The notes under the pieces were generated by a model that did not search any database, was not told the origin of the DNA, and saw nothing but the letters and a program-made list of their open reading frames with translations. Position numbers and translations under genes: made by a program. Below, in pieces: positions 8,088-16,749 of a DNA stretch of 32,753 nucleotides (the first letter of the stretch is position 1; each line of letters begins with the position of its first letter). The stretch lies in the IMG/VR virus record IMGVR_UViG_3300038673_000457, positions 1 to 32,753 of that record. One strand, 5' to 3'. Origin of the DNA: a virus. Lineage: Duplodnaviria > Caudoviricetes.

Positions 8088-10373
8088 ATGGCCGGGATCG
8101 AGAACATACGGATTATTGAGCAGCATGAGCCCAGGGAGTTCCAGGTTATGGACGAGCTTGAGGAACTGGGGCTGCCCAAGCCGCCCAAGGGTGAACATCC
8201 CCTGGACAAGGCCGATGTGCGGAAACGCTTCAACCGGGTTTACGACTGGTGGATGCAGGAGAGAATCAAGCAGGCGGATGTTCGTGCCGAGGCCATGCGG
8301 GACCATGAGATCTATGATGGCCCGGGCCAGTGGACGGCGGAGGAAATTGCGGCCCTCCGCGAGCGCCTGCAGGAGGCCCTGGTGTTCAATCAGGTGAAGC
8401 CCACGGTCGATTGGGTGCTGGGCACCGAAAAGAAGCTCCGGATCGATTACCGGGTCATGCCTCGCGGTGAGGAGGACGCACCGGCGGCGGAGGCCAAGAC
8501 CAACGGGATCAAATATTTGTCCGATGTCAACCGCACCGGATTCAAGAGATCGAGGGCGTTCTACGATGCCGTCATTTCCGGCGTCGGCTGGCTGGACCAT
8601 GGCATTTCCGGGGACCCGGAAGACGAGCCGATCCAGGTCCGTTATGAGGACTGGCGGAACGTCTGGTACGACTCGCTGTCTGTCGAGCCCGATTATTCCG
8701 ATGCCCGGTATGTGTTCCGGGGCAAGTGGGTGGACGAAGATATCGCCATTGCCTATTTCCCCGACCGTGCCGATGTGATCCATGCGGCGGCCAATGAGGA
8801 TGCCGGGACGTTGTTCGGAGATCCTTCTTTCGATCTGGAAGATATCTCCCAAAACGAGGATGGGTACAACACGGATACCCTGCGGACCGGCTTTTACTCC
8901 TTTGCGGGGGAGGCAAGCGAGTCCAAGCGCAGCCGGGTGTTCCTCGTCGAGGCATGGTACAAGCTCCCTGCCCGGAAGAAGGTCCTGCGCGGCAAGGAGC
9001 TGGGCACCCTGAACGGCGTAGAGTTTAACCAGGAGGATCCCGATCATGCGGAGATGATGGCTCAGGGACTCGGCGCCCCTGTCGACACGATCCGGATGGA
9101 AATGCGGCAGATGATCTTCTGCGGCAGTTACGTGCTCTACGAGACCATTTCTCCATACCGCCATAACCGCTTCTCGCTGGTGCCGATATGGGGATTCCGG
9201 CGGAAAAAGGACAACGCCCCTTACGGCATGGTCCGCAATCTCAGAGACCCGCAACGGGACCTGAACAAGCGGCGCTCCAAGGCCCTGTATATCCTCAACA
9301 GCAACAAGACCATTGTCGAGGAAGACGCATTTGTCGGCACCCTGAATGAATTCTATGATTCCAGGCAGAGGCCCGACGGCGTCACCATCATGAAGAAGGA
9401 CCGGATCCAAGCGATCAGGGATGAGAATGACCGCAGTCTTGCCCGGGAACACATCGAGCTGATGGCCCAGGATGAACGGTACATCCAGAATACGTCCGGC
9501 GTCACTGACGAGCTGATGGCCCGTCAGACCAATGCGGTGTCCGGCGTGGCGATCCAGAACCGGCAGGAGCAGGGGCAGGTTGTCACCCAGGACCTCTTCG
9601 ATAATTACCGGCTGGCCTTCCAGCTGTCCGGAGAGATCCAACTGTCCCTGATGGAGCAGTATTGGACCGAGGAGAAGTCATTCCGGATCGTCGGCGATGG
9701 CAATGCCCCTGAATTCGTCCAGGTGAACGGCATGGATGGGCTCAACGACATTACGGCAAGCCAGGCCGATTTTGTCGTTTCCGAGCAGGATTACAGCGCC
9801 ACGATCCGGCGGGCGATGTTTGAAACCTTGAGCGAGATGATCACCAAATTCCCCCCGGAATTGGCGATCCAGCTCCTCGATTTGGTGTTCGACCTGTCCG
9901 ACCTGCCAGGAAAAGAGAAGTTTGTTGACCGGATCAGGCAGATCAACGGCCAGAAAGACCCGGATGCCAAGGATGATCCGGATGCGGCTCCGGAAGTTGA
10001 CCCGGCGGAAGCGGCGAAACAGCAGCAGATGGAGACCCAGAACCAGATCCTTCAGACCCAGCTGGCGGGTGAACAGGCCAAGGTGGCGAAGTTGGAAGCT
10101 GAGGCCCGGCTGGTACAGGCCAAGATCGGCACGGAAATGGTCAACCAGAGGGTGGCGGTGGCCGGCGTCGGGTACGACCAGGAGAAGCTCAAGATTGAGC
10201 GAGCCCAGACCCTGAATGCGATTGAGACGGCTGAGCATGGACGCAGGATGATGGAGATCCAGCAGAAAGAGGGAGATGGCGTGAGCGGGGACAGTGCTCC
10301 AGTGAAGCGGGCCAAGGGACAGCGAGGCAGTACGGAACGGGGGTTGAAGTCAAATAACCGGAAAGCGGACTGA
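8088..10373 (+). CDS. Portal protein, P22-like
   Basis: 761 aa after terL. YDG.GQW, FNQVKPTVDWVLGTE, AFYDAVISGVGW, PYGMVRNLRDPQRDLNKRRSK, SGVAIQNRQEQG and a C-terminal Q-rich helix. Confidence 0.92.
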   Translation: MAGIENIRIIEQHEPREFQVMDELEELGLPKPPKGEHPLDKADVRKRFNRVYDWWMQERIKQADVRAEAMRDHEIYDGPGQWTAEEIAALRERLQEALVFNQVKPTVDWVLGTEKKLRIDYRVMPRGEEDAPAAEAKTNGIKYLSDVNRTGFKRSRAFYDAVISGVGWLDHGISGDPEDEPIQVRYEDWRNVWYDSLSVEPDYSDARYVFRGKWVDEDIAIAYFPDRADVIHAAANEDAGTLFGDPSFDLEDISQNEDGYNTDTLRTGFYSFAGEASESKRSRVFLVEAWYKLPARKKVLRGKELGTLNGVEFNQEDPDHAEMMAQGLGAPVDTIRMEMRQMIFCGSYVLYETISPYRHNRFSLVPIWGFRRKKDNAPYGMVRNLRDPQRDLNKRRSKALYILNSNKTIVEEDAFVGTLNEFYDSRQRPDGVTIMKKDRIQAIRDENDRSLAREHIELMAQDERYIQNTSGVTDELMARQTNAVSGVAIQNRQEQGQVVTQDLFDNYRLAFQLSGEIQLSLMEQYWTEEKSFRIVGDGNAPEFVQVNGMDGLNDITASQADFVVSEQDYSATIRRAMFETLSEMITKFPPELAIQLLDLVFDLSDLPGKEKFVDRIRQINGQKDPDAKDDPDAAPEVDPAEAAKQQQMETQNQILQTQLAGEQAKVAKLEAEARLVQAKIGTEMVNQRVAVAGVGYDQEKLKIERAQTLNAIETAEHGRRMMEIQQKEGDGVSGDSAPVKRAKGQRGSTERGLKSNNRKAD

Positions 10374-10498
10374 AAAAGAAGATAAGGAGAAGAGTGGGCT
10401 GGGTACGAAGGCTATAGTACCCTCCCGGGCAATCTAGGGGAAATGCACCAGGTTGCCCACTCCGTAGGATAATGTCACAAATGCAATTTTGATGTAAT

Positions 10499-10603
10499 GG
10501 GTTCATCCGAGGTCTGATCAACCGGGGATGACAAAGAGAATAAAAAGGGGGCATGTCGGTGCCGACACATCGATGTGCCTCTTTTTTATTGCCCTGTCAG
10601 CAC
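10499..10603 (+). ncRNA. Candidate structured cis-regulatory RNA or terminator-like element
   Basis: Hairpin TCATCC..GGT-CTGATCA-ACC..GGATGA, plus a 23-bp stem (10539-10561/10568-10590) with 5 G-U pairs and no mismatch, closed by GGGT/GCCC. Confidence 0.55.
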
Positions 10604-10629
10604 AAAAACACAGGAGGAAGGGGAAAGCA

Positions 10630-11514
10630 ATGGACGGTTTTACGGATGAGCAACTTGAAAATCTCAGCGAGGAAGAAAGGGCCGCTCTGGAAGAGGAAGG
10701 CGAGGAAAGTCCTCGATCCAATGAAGGAGAAGCCGGAGAACCCGAAGAAGGCGGAGAGGACGGAGAAGAAACGGACAAAAGCGACACTGGCGCCGAAGAA
10801 GGCGAGAAAGAGGGCGACGACAACGATGCTGACCAGAGGGAAGAGGATCAAAAGGAAGAACCTTCTGGGCCGCCTGTCGATCCCATTTTCAAGCTGAATC
10901 CCGGAGCTGATGGCAAAACCATCGAGGAGCTGTCAGCAGAGCTGAACAAGCTCGATGAACAGTTCGAAGAGGGGGACATCTCCCTGAAGGACTACAACGC
11001 CCAGCGTGACGCCCTGAATCAGGCCAAGTTCCGGCTGGAGATGTACGAGGACATCAACAGGCAGGTTGCCGCCCAGACTGTCGAGAATAACTGGAAGGCG
11101 GCCCAGCGGGAGTTCTTTTCCGAGAACAGGGACTACATCGAGAACTCCATCCTGAATGCCGCTTATGTCCATGCCGTCAACAGTCTGCTGGCGACCGACG
11201 AGGGGAAGGCGATGTCCGACCGGCAGGTTCTCCTTAAGGCCAAGGAGACCGTTGAGGAATCCCTGGGAATGAAAAAGGGCGAGGGCGGAAAAGATGACCA
11301 GGGAGATGCCGGGAAGGCTGCCCTGGCGGCCGCGAAAAAAAAGGAAGCCGGGAAAGGCAGAGACGGGATTTCTCTCCGCAACATGCCGAAGTCACAGGAA
11401 GACGAATCAGGAGACCGGTTCGACGCCCTGGATAGGCTGGAAGGAGAGGCATTCGAAGTTGCGATTGGGAAGCTGAGCGACAGCGAACGCGAGGCATACG
11501 CCCGCAGGGGTTAA
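10630..11514 (+). CDS. Capsid scaffolding protein
   Basis: Very acidic N-terminus and helical body, located between portal and capsid. Start moved to ATG 10630 after a purine-rich SD region. Confidence 0.8.
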   Translation: MDGFTDEQLENLSEEERAALEEEGEESPRSNEGEAGEPEEGGEDGEETDKSDTGAEEGEKEGDDNDADQREEDQKEEPSGPPVDPIFKLNPGADGKTIEELSAELNKLDEQFEEGDISLKDYNAQRDALNQAKFRLEMYEDINRQVAAQTVENNWKAAQREFFSENRDYIENSILNAAYVHAVNSLLATDEGKAMSDRQVLLKAKETVEESLGMKKGEGGKDDQGDAGKAALAAAKKKEAGKGRDGISLRNMPKSQEDESGDRFDALDRLEGEAFEVAIGKLSDSEREAYARRG

Positions 11515-11640
11515 AGGATAATCAGCGCATGAGCGCAATCCCACGTTCCGGTTCAAACACAGCCGGCCTGTACCGCAGGAAGTGATGGGGGGAAGGATAC
11601 CAGCAAACTTTTGAACATCACATTTTGAGGAGGTTTTCAA

Positions 11641-12747
11641 ATGGCACAGACCATTATCGGGTTGAATGACCCCAAGGCGGTGAAGAAATACTCGGCTTTT
11701 CTGGCGGCGGACGTGGAACGGGATTCCTATTTCACCCGGAAGTTCATGGGTACGCCGGACAGCTCCATGCCCATACATCTCATCAAGGAACTGGAGAGCG
11801 AGGCGGGCGACACCGTATCTTTCGACCTTTCCATGCAGCTCAAAATGCAGCCGGTGGAAGGGGACAGCCCTCTCGAAGGAAAAGAGGAAGACCTGAAGTT
11901 CTACACAGACTCCGTACAGATCGATCAGATGCGGGGCGGCGTCAATACCGGCGGCAGAATGTCGCGCAAGAGAACCGTCCACGACCTGCGGAAGGTTGCC
12001 CGGAAGCGCCAGGGTGAATGGTGGTCCCGGGTGTTCGATGAACTGTTCTTCATGTACCTCTCCGGAGCCCGGGGGATCAATGCGGATTTCATTTTCCCCA
12101 CCAGTTACACCGGCTTTGCGGGAAACGCCCTGTCGGCTCCCGATTCCGAACATATCATTTACGCCGGGACTGCCGGAACCAAGATAGGAATGTCGGCTAA
12201 CGACAAGATGACCCTGACCTATATCGATCAGGCTGTCGCCGTGGCCTCCATGATGGGCGGCGGGACCCAGGGAGTGCCCAAGATTCAGCCGATCCTCATC
12301 AACGGCGAATCCCACTACGTCCAGGTTCTGAATCCCTGGCAGGTTTTCGACCTGCGGACCAGCGGCACGTCGGGGCAGTGGCTGGACATCCAGAAGGCTG
12401 CGGCCGCGGCGGAAGGCAGAAAGTCGAAGATCTTCCAGGGCGGGCTCGGGATGTACAACAACGTCGTTCTCCATGAGCATCAGGCCGTGATCCGGTTCAA
12501 CGACTATGGATCTGGTCATGATGTGGAAGCTGCGCGGGCGATTTTCATGGGGGTTCAGGCCGCTGTCCTGGCCTTCGGCACTTCCGGCACCGGCCTGCGG
12601 TTCGGCTGGCACGAGGAAACACGGGACAACGGCAACCAGGCCGTGATCACCACCCATTCGATTTTTGGAATTTCCAAGGTCACGTTCAACAGCCTGGACT
12701 TCGGCGCCATGGCGATTGACACGGCGGCCAAGAATCCCAAGGCGTAA
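11641..12747 (+). CDS. Major capsid protein, N4-gp56/DUF4043-like
   Basis: MAQTIIGLNDPKAVKKYS, ELESEAGDTVSFDL, LEGKEEDL.FYTD, GGRMSRKRTVHDLR, IFQGGLGMYNNVVLHEH. Strong GAGGAGG SD. Confidence 0.92.
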   Translation: MAQTIIGLNDPKAVKKYSAFLAADVERDSYFTRKFMGTPDSSMPIHLIKELESEAGDTVSFDLSMQLKMQPVEGDSPLEGKEEDLKFYTDSVQIDQMRGGVNTGGRMSRKRTVHDLRKVARKRQGEWWSRVFDELFFMYLSGARGINADFIFPTSYTGFAGNALSAPDSEHIIYAGTAGTKIGMSANDKMTLTYIDQAVAVASMMGGGTQGVPKIQPILINGESHYVQVLNPWQVFDLRTSGTSGQWLDIQKAAAAAEGRKSKIFQGGLGMYNNVVLHEHQAVIRFNDYGSGHDVEAARAIFMGVQAAVLAFGTSGTGLRFGWHEETRDNGNQAVITTHSIFGISKVTFNSLDFGAMAIDTAAKNPKA

Positions 12748-12827
12748 CCAGCAATAAAACAGGGCAAGGGCGGGGTTCGATGGACTCCGCCTGATCCTTC
12801 AACCTATCAAGTCATAAGGAGCACATC

Positions 12828-13271
12828 ATGTCTCTTTTAAAATCGGAAAATGTAAATGGAGCCCGTCCCGCTGTATATCCGGCGGCTGTCGGGGAGGTGT
12901 TCGTCTCGGACGGCACTTATGAGATTGCGGCTGCGGATAACATTGATGAGGCCACGATAGCCCTCTGCGTACTTCCTCCCGGCTGCATTCCCCTGGATTA
13001 CACGGTGATCGTGGATGACCTGGACAGTGCAACCAGCCATGTCTTTGATGCCGGCGGGATCAATGACGCGGGGGACGATATCGACCAGGACTACATCAGC
13101 CAATCGACGGAGATGCAGGCCGGTGGCGTGGCCCGGGCGACACTGTTCCCGATCGTTGCGCCCCTCACCGCGGAGAAGCTCTTCGGCGTTCATATCACTG
13201 CTGCAGGCACGGGCGTGGCGGGCACGATTCGCGGCATTCTGACCTATCGCGCCGCTGAATACGGCGGTTAA
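12828..13271 (+). CDS. Putative capsid decoration/cement protein, paralogue 1
   Basis: 147-aa beta-rich protein directly after the capsid gene, with LP.GCIP.D..V..DDLD. AAGGAG SD. Confidence 0.7.
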   Translation: MSLLKSENVNGARPAVYPAAVGEVFVSDGTYEIAAADNIDEATIALCVLPPGCIPLDYTVIVDDLDSATSHVFDAGGINDAGDDIDQDYISQSTEMQAGGVARATLFPIVAPLTAEKLFGVHITAAGTGVAGTIRGILTYRAAEYGG

Positions 13272-13286
13272 GGAGGAGGAATTATC

Positions 13287-14129
13287 ATGGCTGATTACAT
13301 TGCAGCACCGGCGATTCATGAGAGCCGTCCGGTGGTGTCTCCGCAGGAAGCGGGAAAAGTCTATGTCTCTGACGGGGTCATTGAATTGGAAGCAGCCGAC
13401 ATGGATGCCGGGGATCTGATCGGTCTGGCCGTCCTGCCTGCCAACTGCATCCCTGTTGATTTCGACCTGTTCACGGATGATCTGGACACCGGCACAGCAC
13501 TGGCGATTTCGGTGGGCGTTCTCAATGACGACCAGGATGATCTGGCTGCGGGAACCCTGATTCTTACGGATTCCACGGTAGGCAGGGCAGGGGGCAGGGC
13601 GCAGGCCGCCGCGTTCCCCATTGTCGAACCCGATGACGAGGACCGCATCATCGCGGCCAAAATTACGGCGGGCGGCGTTGCGGCGGTTAAGGCGCAGGGC
13701 ACCATCACATCCGACGGAACCAACGTCTCCGATACCAACTCGGTGACTATCGGTACGACGACCTACACATTCAAAACCACGCTTACTCCGACGGAAGGCG
13801 AAGTTCTGATCGGGTCAACAGCAGCGGAAACCCTGGATAACCTGAAACTGGCGATCAATCGGACTGACCCGGCGACCAACGACGACGTCAAGTACAAGAT
13901 TGCGGCAGCGCATCCGACAGTCGAGGCTACCACGAACACGGATACCGTCCAGACAGTTCAGGCTCTTACAGCAGGAGCGGGCGGAAACTCCATCGCGCTG
14001 ACTAAGTCGTCTGATCACCTGACCGTGAGCGGGACGGGCACCCTGGCCGGCGGAGTGACTGCCGTTCCACTTCAGGCCGGAACCATGCGGGGCGTGCTGA
14101 AGTATCGCGCCGCTGAATACGGAGAATAA
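13287..14129 (+). CDS. Putative decoration protein, paralogue 2, with ~130-aa inserted domain
   Basis: Shares VSDG, LP.NCIP.D, DDLD and YRAAEYG with the upstream gene. T/G/A-rich insertion before the last strand. Confidence 0.7.
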   Translation: MADYIAAPAIHESRPVVSPQEAGKVYVSDGVIELEAADMDAGDLIGLAVLPANCIPVDFDLFTDDLDTGTALAISVGVLNDDQDDLAAGTLILTDSTVGRAGGRAQAAAFPIVEPDDEDRIIAAKITAGGVAAVKAQGTITSDGTNVSDTNSVTIGTTTYTFKTTLTPTEGEVLIGSTAAETLDNLKLAINRTDPATNDDVKYKIAAAHPTVEATTNTDTVQTVQALTAGAGGNSIALTKSSDHLTVSGTGTLAGGVTAVPLQAGTMRGVLKYRAAEYGE

Positions 14130-14207
14130 TTTTTAACGGCCGGGCGGGGGTGCGCTTCCTCCTGAGGCAAGCCCCTGCTTTGACCACAAACTCAGGGAGG
14201 AAGAAAG

Positions 14208-14678
14208 ATGGATAAGTACATTGGGGTAAAGCTGATTGATGCGGTACCGGCAATTAGAAAAGGCGGCAAAGTTTATGAGGCTAACGATCCTATTCCCAGA
14301 AGTATGGAACCTGTCGAAGAGGGCTATAAAGTTCGTTATCCCGACGGCTATGAAAGCTGGTCGCCCAAGGGTGTCTTTGAAAGCGCCTACATGAAAGTCA
14401 ATCCGAATCCGGCACTGAAAAGCGGATGTTCTATTTCTCAGGAGATGGTGGACGGCTTCATTAAAGAGGTTCACGTTTCTACCCTGGGAGAGAAAACAAC
14501 ATGTGTCCGTGCCGTTCTGGTTAATGGTTTTGAGATCGTCGAATCCTCGGCCTGTGTCGATCCTGCAAACTATGATGAGAAAATGGGGGAAGAGATCTGC
14601 CTCCGTAAGATCAAGGACAAGATTTGGTTCCTCCTTGGATTCTTGCTTCAGACTGCTGTTGGGGGCGTCAAATGCTGA
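14208..14678 (+). CDS. N4 gp49/Sf6 gp66 family protein
   Basis: YIGVKLI.A.P, GYKVRYPDGYESWSPK.VFE.AY and L.NGFEIVESSACVDPANYD..MG.EIC...I..KIW.LLGFLL. Confidence 0.85.
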   Translation: MDKYIGVKLIDAVPAIRKGGKVYEANDPIPRSMEPVEEGYKVRYPDGYESWSPKGVFESAYMKVNPNPALKSGCSISQEMVDGFIKEVHVSTLGEKTTCVRAVLVNGFEIVESSACVDPANYDEKMGEEICLRKIKDKIWFLLGFLLQTAVGGVKC

Positions 14679-14965
14679 TCCAATGCTTGGTCAATCGGGA
14701 AGGTGACTCGCAGATCGTTAAGCTCGAAGGCAGGCGCTATAAGTTCGCCAGAAACGAGCAGGGTGACATGGTGTGCGAGGTCCACAACCAGGAACACATC
14801 CGCTGGATGCTGAAGAGCGCAAGCTACCAGGAATATCTTCCCCCTCAAGCTGTGGATCCCCCTGCGGCTGAATCGCCGGAACTGCGTATCCCCATGGGGG
14901 AGCTGGCCGGTCAAACGGACATGAATCAAAAACCAGCCAGAAACAGCAAAAGAAAAGCTGCGTAA
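14672..14965 (+). CDS. Hypothetical phage protein (97 aa)
   Basis: ATG overlaps the end of the upstream gene. MLIQCLVNREG...YKF...GDMVCEV....HI. Confidence 0.7.
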   Translation: MLIQCLVNREGDSQIVKLEGRRYKFARNEQGDMVCEVHNQEHIRWMLKSASYQEYLPPQAVDPPAAESPELRIPMGELAGQTDMNQKPARNSKRKAA

Positions 14966-14991
14966 CGCAGTGCTCCTAGCCGGAGGGCCAT

Positions 14992-15204
14992 ATGAGTGAA
15001 CGTCAATTATTCCGACTCACTGAAAAAGACTGGGAGCGGGCGACTCCGGAACAGCAAGGATGGTACACCTACAGCGCTCTAACCGGCCTGAACCAGCGGC
15101 TCGATGAATTGGAAAGCAAGCATTGGTTCCGAAGCAGCCTGGCGTTTGTCGGAGGATTGATCGGCGGGGCGCTTGCCACATTGGGAATCAAAATATCATC
15201 GTAG
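14992..15204 (+). CDS. Small membrane protein, possible holin/antiholin
   Basis: GGAGG SD. One C-terminal hydrophobic segment (SLAFVGGLIGGALATLGI). Lies just before the endolysin. Confidence 0.65.
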   Translation: MSERQLFRLTEKDWERATPEQQGWYTYSALTGLNQRLDELESKHWFRSSLAFVGGLIGGALATLGIKISS

Positions 15205-15221
15205 TAACAGGCAGGTAAGAG

Positions 15222-15665
15222 ATGGATTTAAAAAAACAGTTGAAACGTCACGAAGGCTATAAGCTGAAACCTTACAAATGCCCCGCAGGATTCCGGACTA
15301 TCGGCGTTGGTCATAACTACGACGCGAATCCATTACCTGAGGGAATGGCTGAATATCTCGATCATCACGGCAGAATTACCGATGAGATGGCCGACCAGCT
15401 TCTGGAGCGGGACATTGCCGCAGCCAGGAGCGGTTGTGAAAAGCTGTACCCGAGGTTCAAGGAATTCTCGGAAGCACGGCAGAACGCCCTGATCGATATG
15501 ATGTTCAACATGGGATACCGGACGCTTCGATCCTTCAAGATCACCAACCTGTTGATCAATTCCAACAATTGGACCGGGGCCGCGGACAATCTGGTTAAAA
15601 CCAAGTGGTACAGACAGGTCAAGGGCCGGGCAAAGACTGTTTGCTCGATGCTGAGGGAGGGTTAG
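15222..15665 (+). CDS. Endolysin, phage lysozyme (GH24-like)
   Basis: LKRHEG....PYKCPAGFRTIGVGHN catalytic region, RQNALIDMMFNMG and KWYRQVKGRA. Confidence 0.92.
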   Translation: MDLKKQLKRHEGYKLKPYKCPAGFRTIGVGHNYDANPLPEGMAEYLDHHGRITDEMADQLLERDIAAARSGCEKLYPRFKEFSEARQNALIDMMFNMGYRTLRSFKITNLLINSNNWTGAADNLVKTKWYRQVKGRAKTVCSMLREG

Positions 15666-15668
15666 GGC

Positions 15669-16094
15669 ATGGACATTACGGGGCTTGGAAGTTTGTTTGA
15701 ACTGACAGGGAAGGTCCTGGACAAAATATTTCCCGACAAGGACGCAGCGGACAAAGCCAAGCTGGAAATGCTGAGGCTCCAGCAGCAGGGGGAGTTCAAG
15801 CAGCTTGACCAGGATTTTCAGCTTGCCCTGGAGCAGATCAAGGTGAATGCGGTCGAAGCATCAAGCGGCTCAGTCTTTGTCAGCGGCGGGCGGCCTGCGG
15901 CCATGTGGGTCTGTGTGGCAGGTATGGCTTACTCGTTTATCCTGCAGCCGATCTTCGGGTGGATTTCCGGTTTGTGCCATGCGGCCGCCCCTCCGTCGAT
16001 TGATTCAAGCCTGCTGATCCAGCTTCTTGTTGGAATGCTGGGGATGGCGGGCTGGCGGTCGCTGGATAAATCAAAGGGAGTGGCCAGTAGATAG
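15669..16094 (+). CDS. Holin (3TM/GTA-type holin family)
   Basis: LDKIFPD, QIKVNAVEA.S.S.FVSGGRPA..WVC and LL.GMLGMAG.RS.DK.KG, with hydrophobic segments. Confidence 0.85.
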   Translation: MDITGLGSLFELTGKVLDKIFPDKDAADKAKLEMLRLQQQGEFKQLDQDFQLALEQIKVNAVEASSGSVFVSGGRPAAMWVCVAGMAYSFILQPIFGWISGLCHAAAPPSIDSSLLIQLLVGMLGMAGWRSLDKSKGVASR

Positions 16095-16104
16095 GGGAAG
16101 CGGC

Positions 16105-16746
16105 ATGAACGTCGATGATGTCATCACCGAAGCTCGGAATATCACCAGGGATGAATCCTTTGATGATCTCTGGATGGTGGCACGGATCAACATGGGGCTT
16201 CAGGAAATTGCGGCGGTGCTGGCAATTCCCGGACTCTCCGCCAGCGATACGGTCACGGCAACCTCGGGTGATGGCGGCCATGTGGCCTTGCCGGCCGACT
16301 TCTCTCATGATCTCTATCTGGCCACGACGGAAGAATATCCCAACGGCCTGATCCTCTGCGAGAACCTCAAGAGCCTGATCGCCCGGTATGACCCGGAAGA
16401 GACCGGGAACGTCCGGATGGTCACGGCGCATTTCCAGGACCTCTTCTTCGCGCCTTTCGTCGAAGAGGACGAGGATATCACCCTCTGGTATTACCGGAAT
16501 CCGGATGCCGTCACCCTGGGCGATGGCCTGCCGTCCTGGGTCCCCGCACACCTGCGGAAGCCTCTGATGGTCAACTATCTGGCCAAGGAAATATTCGCCC
16601 AGGTGGAGGAGGGAATCGACGGGCAGTTGCCGAACACGGCCAAGTATTCCCAATTCTACGGGCAGGCCGCGCAGATGCTTCAGGCGTTCTATCCGAAGGC
16701 GCCGAAGCCTTATTATCAGGTCACAAAAGCGCCGATTTGGTTCTAA
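16105..16746 (+). CDS. Putative head-tail adaptor (podoviral tail tubular A-like)
   Basis: 213 aa with ..IN.G.QEIA, LPADF, YYRNP and P...HL..L..Y patterns, located before the nozzle-like gene. Start moved to ATG 16105. Confidence 0.6.
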   Translation: MNVDDVITEARNITRDESFDDLWMVARINMGLQEIAAVLAIPGLSASDTVTATSGDGGHVALPADFSHDLYLATTEEYPNGLILCENLKSLIARYDPEETGNVRMVTAHFQDLFFAPFVEEDEDITLWYYRNPDAVTLGDGLPSWVPAHLRKPLMVNYLAKEIFAQVEEGIDGQLPNTAKYSQFYGQAAQMLQAFYPKAPKPYYQVTKAPIWF

Positions 16747-16749
16747 GCC

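Noticed and set aside
7911-9641. 576-aa minus-strand ORF and other long antisense ORFs (6494-7582, 11407-12657, 24563-25804, 31207-32514)
   Set aside because: They mirror well-supported + strand genes in GC-rich DNA, have no recognisable motifs and are typical shadow ORFs.
10528-10629. N-terminal extension of the scaffold ORF given in the track
   Set aside because: It runs through the 23-bp hairpin and lacks an SD. ATG 10630 is the better start.
11525-11536. GCGC-ATGA-GCGC mini-hairpin upstream of the capsid gene
   Set aside because: A 4-bp stem is too short to distinguish from chance without comparative data.
12769-12791. Hairpin containing GGTTCGA after the capsid gene
   Set aside because: Not a tRNA, and it has no U tract for a confident terminator call. 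At most an mRNA-stabilising stem.
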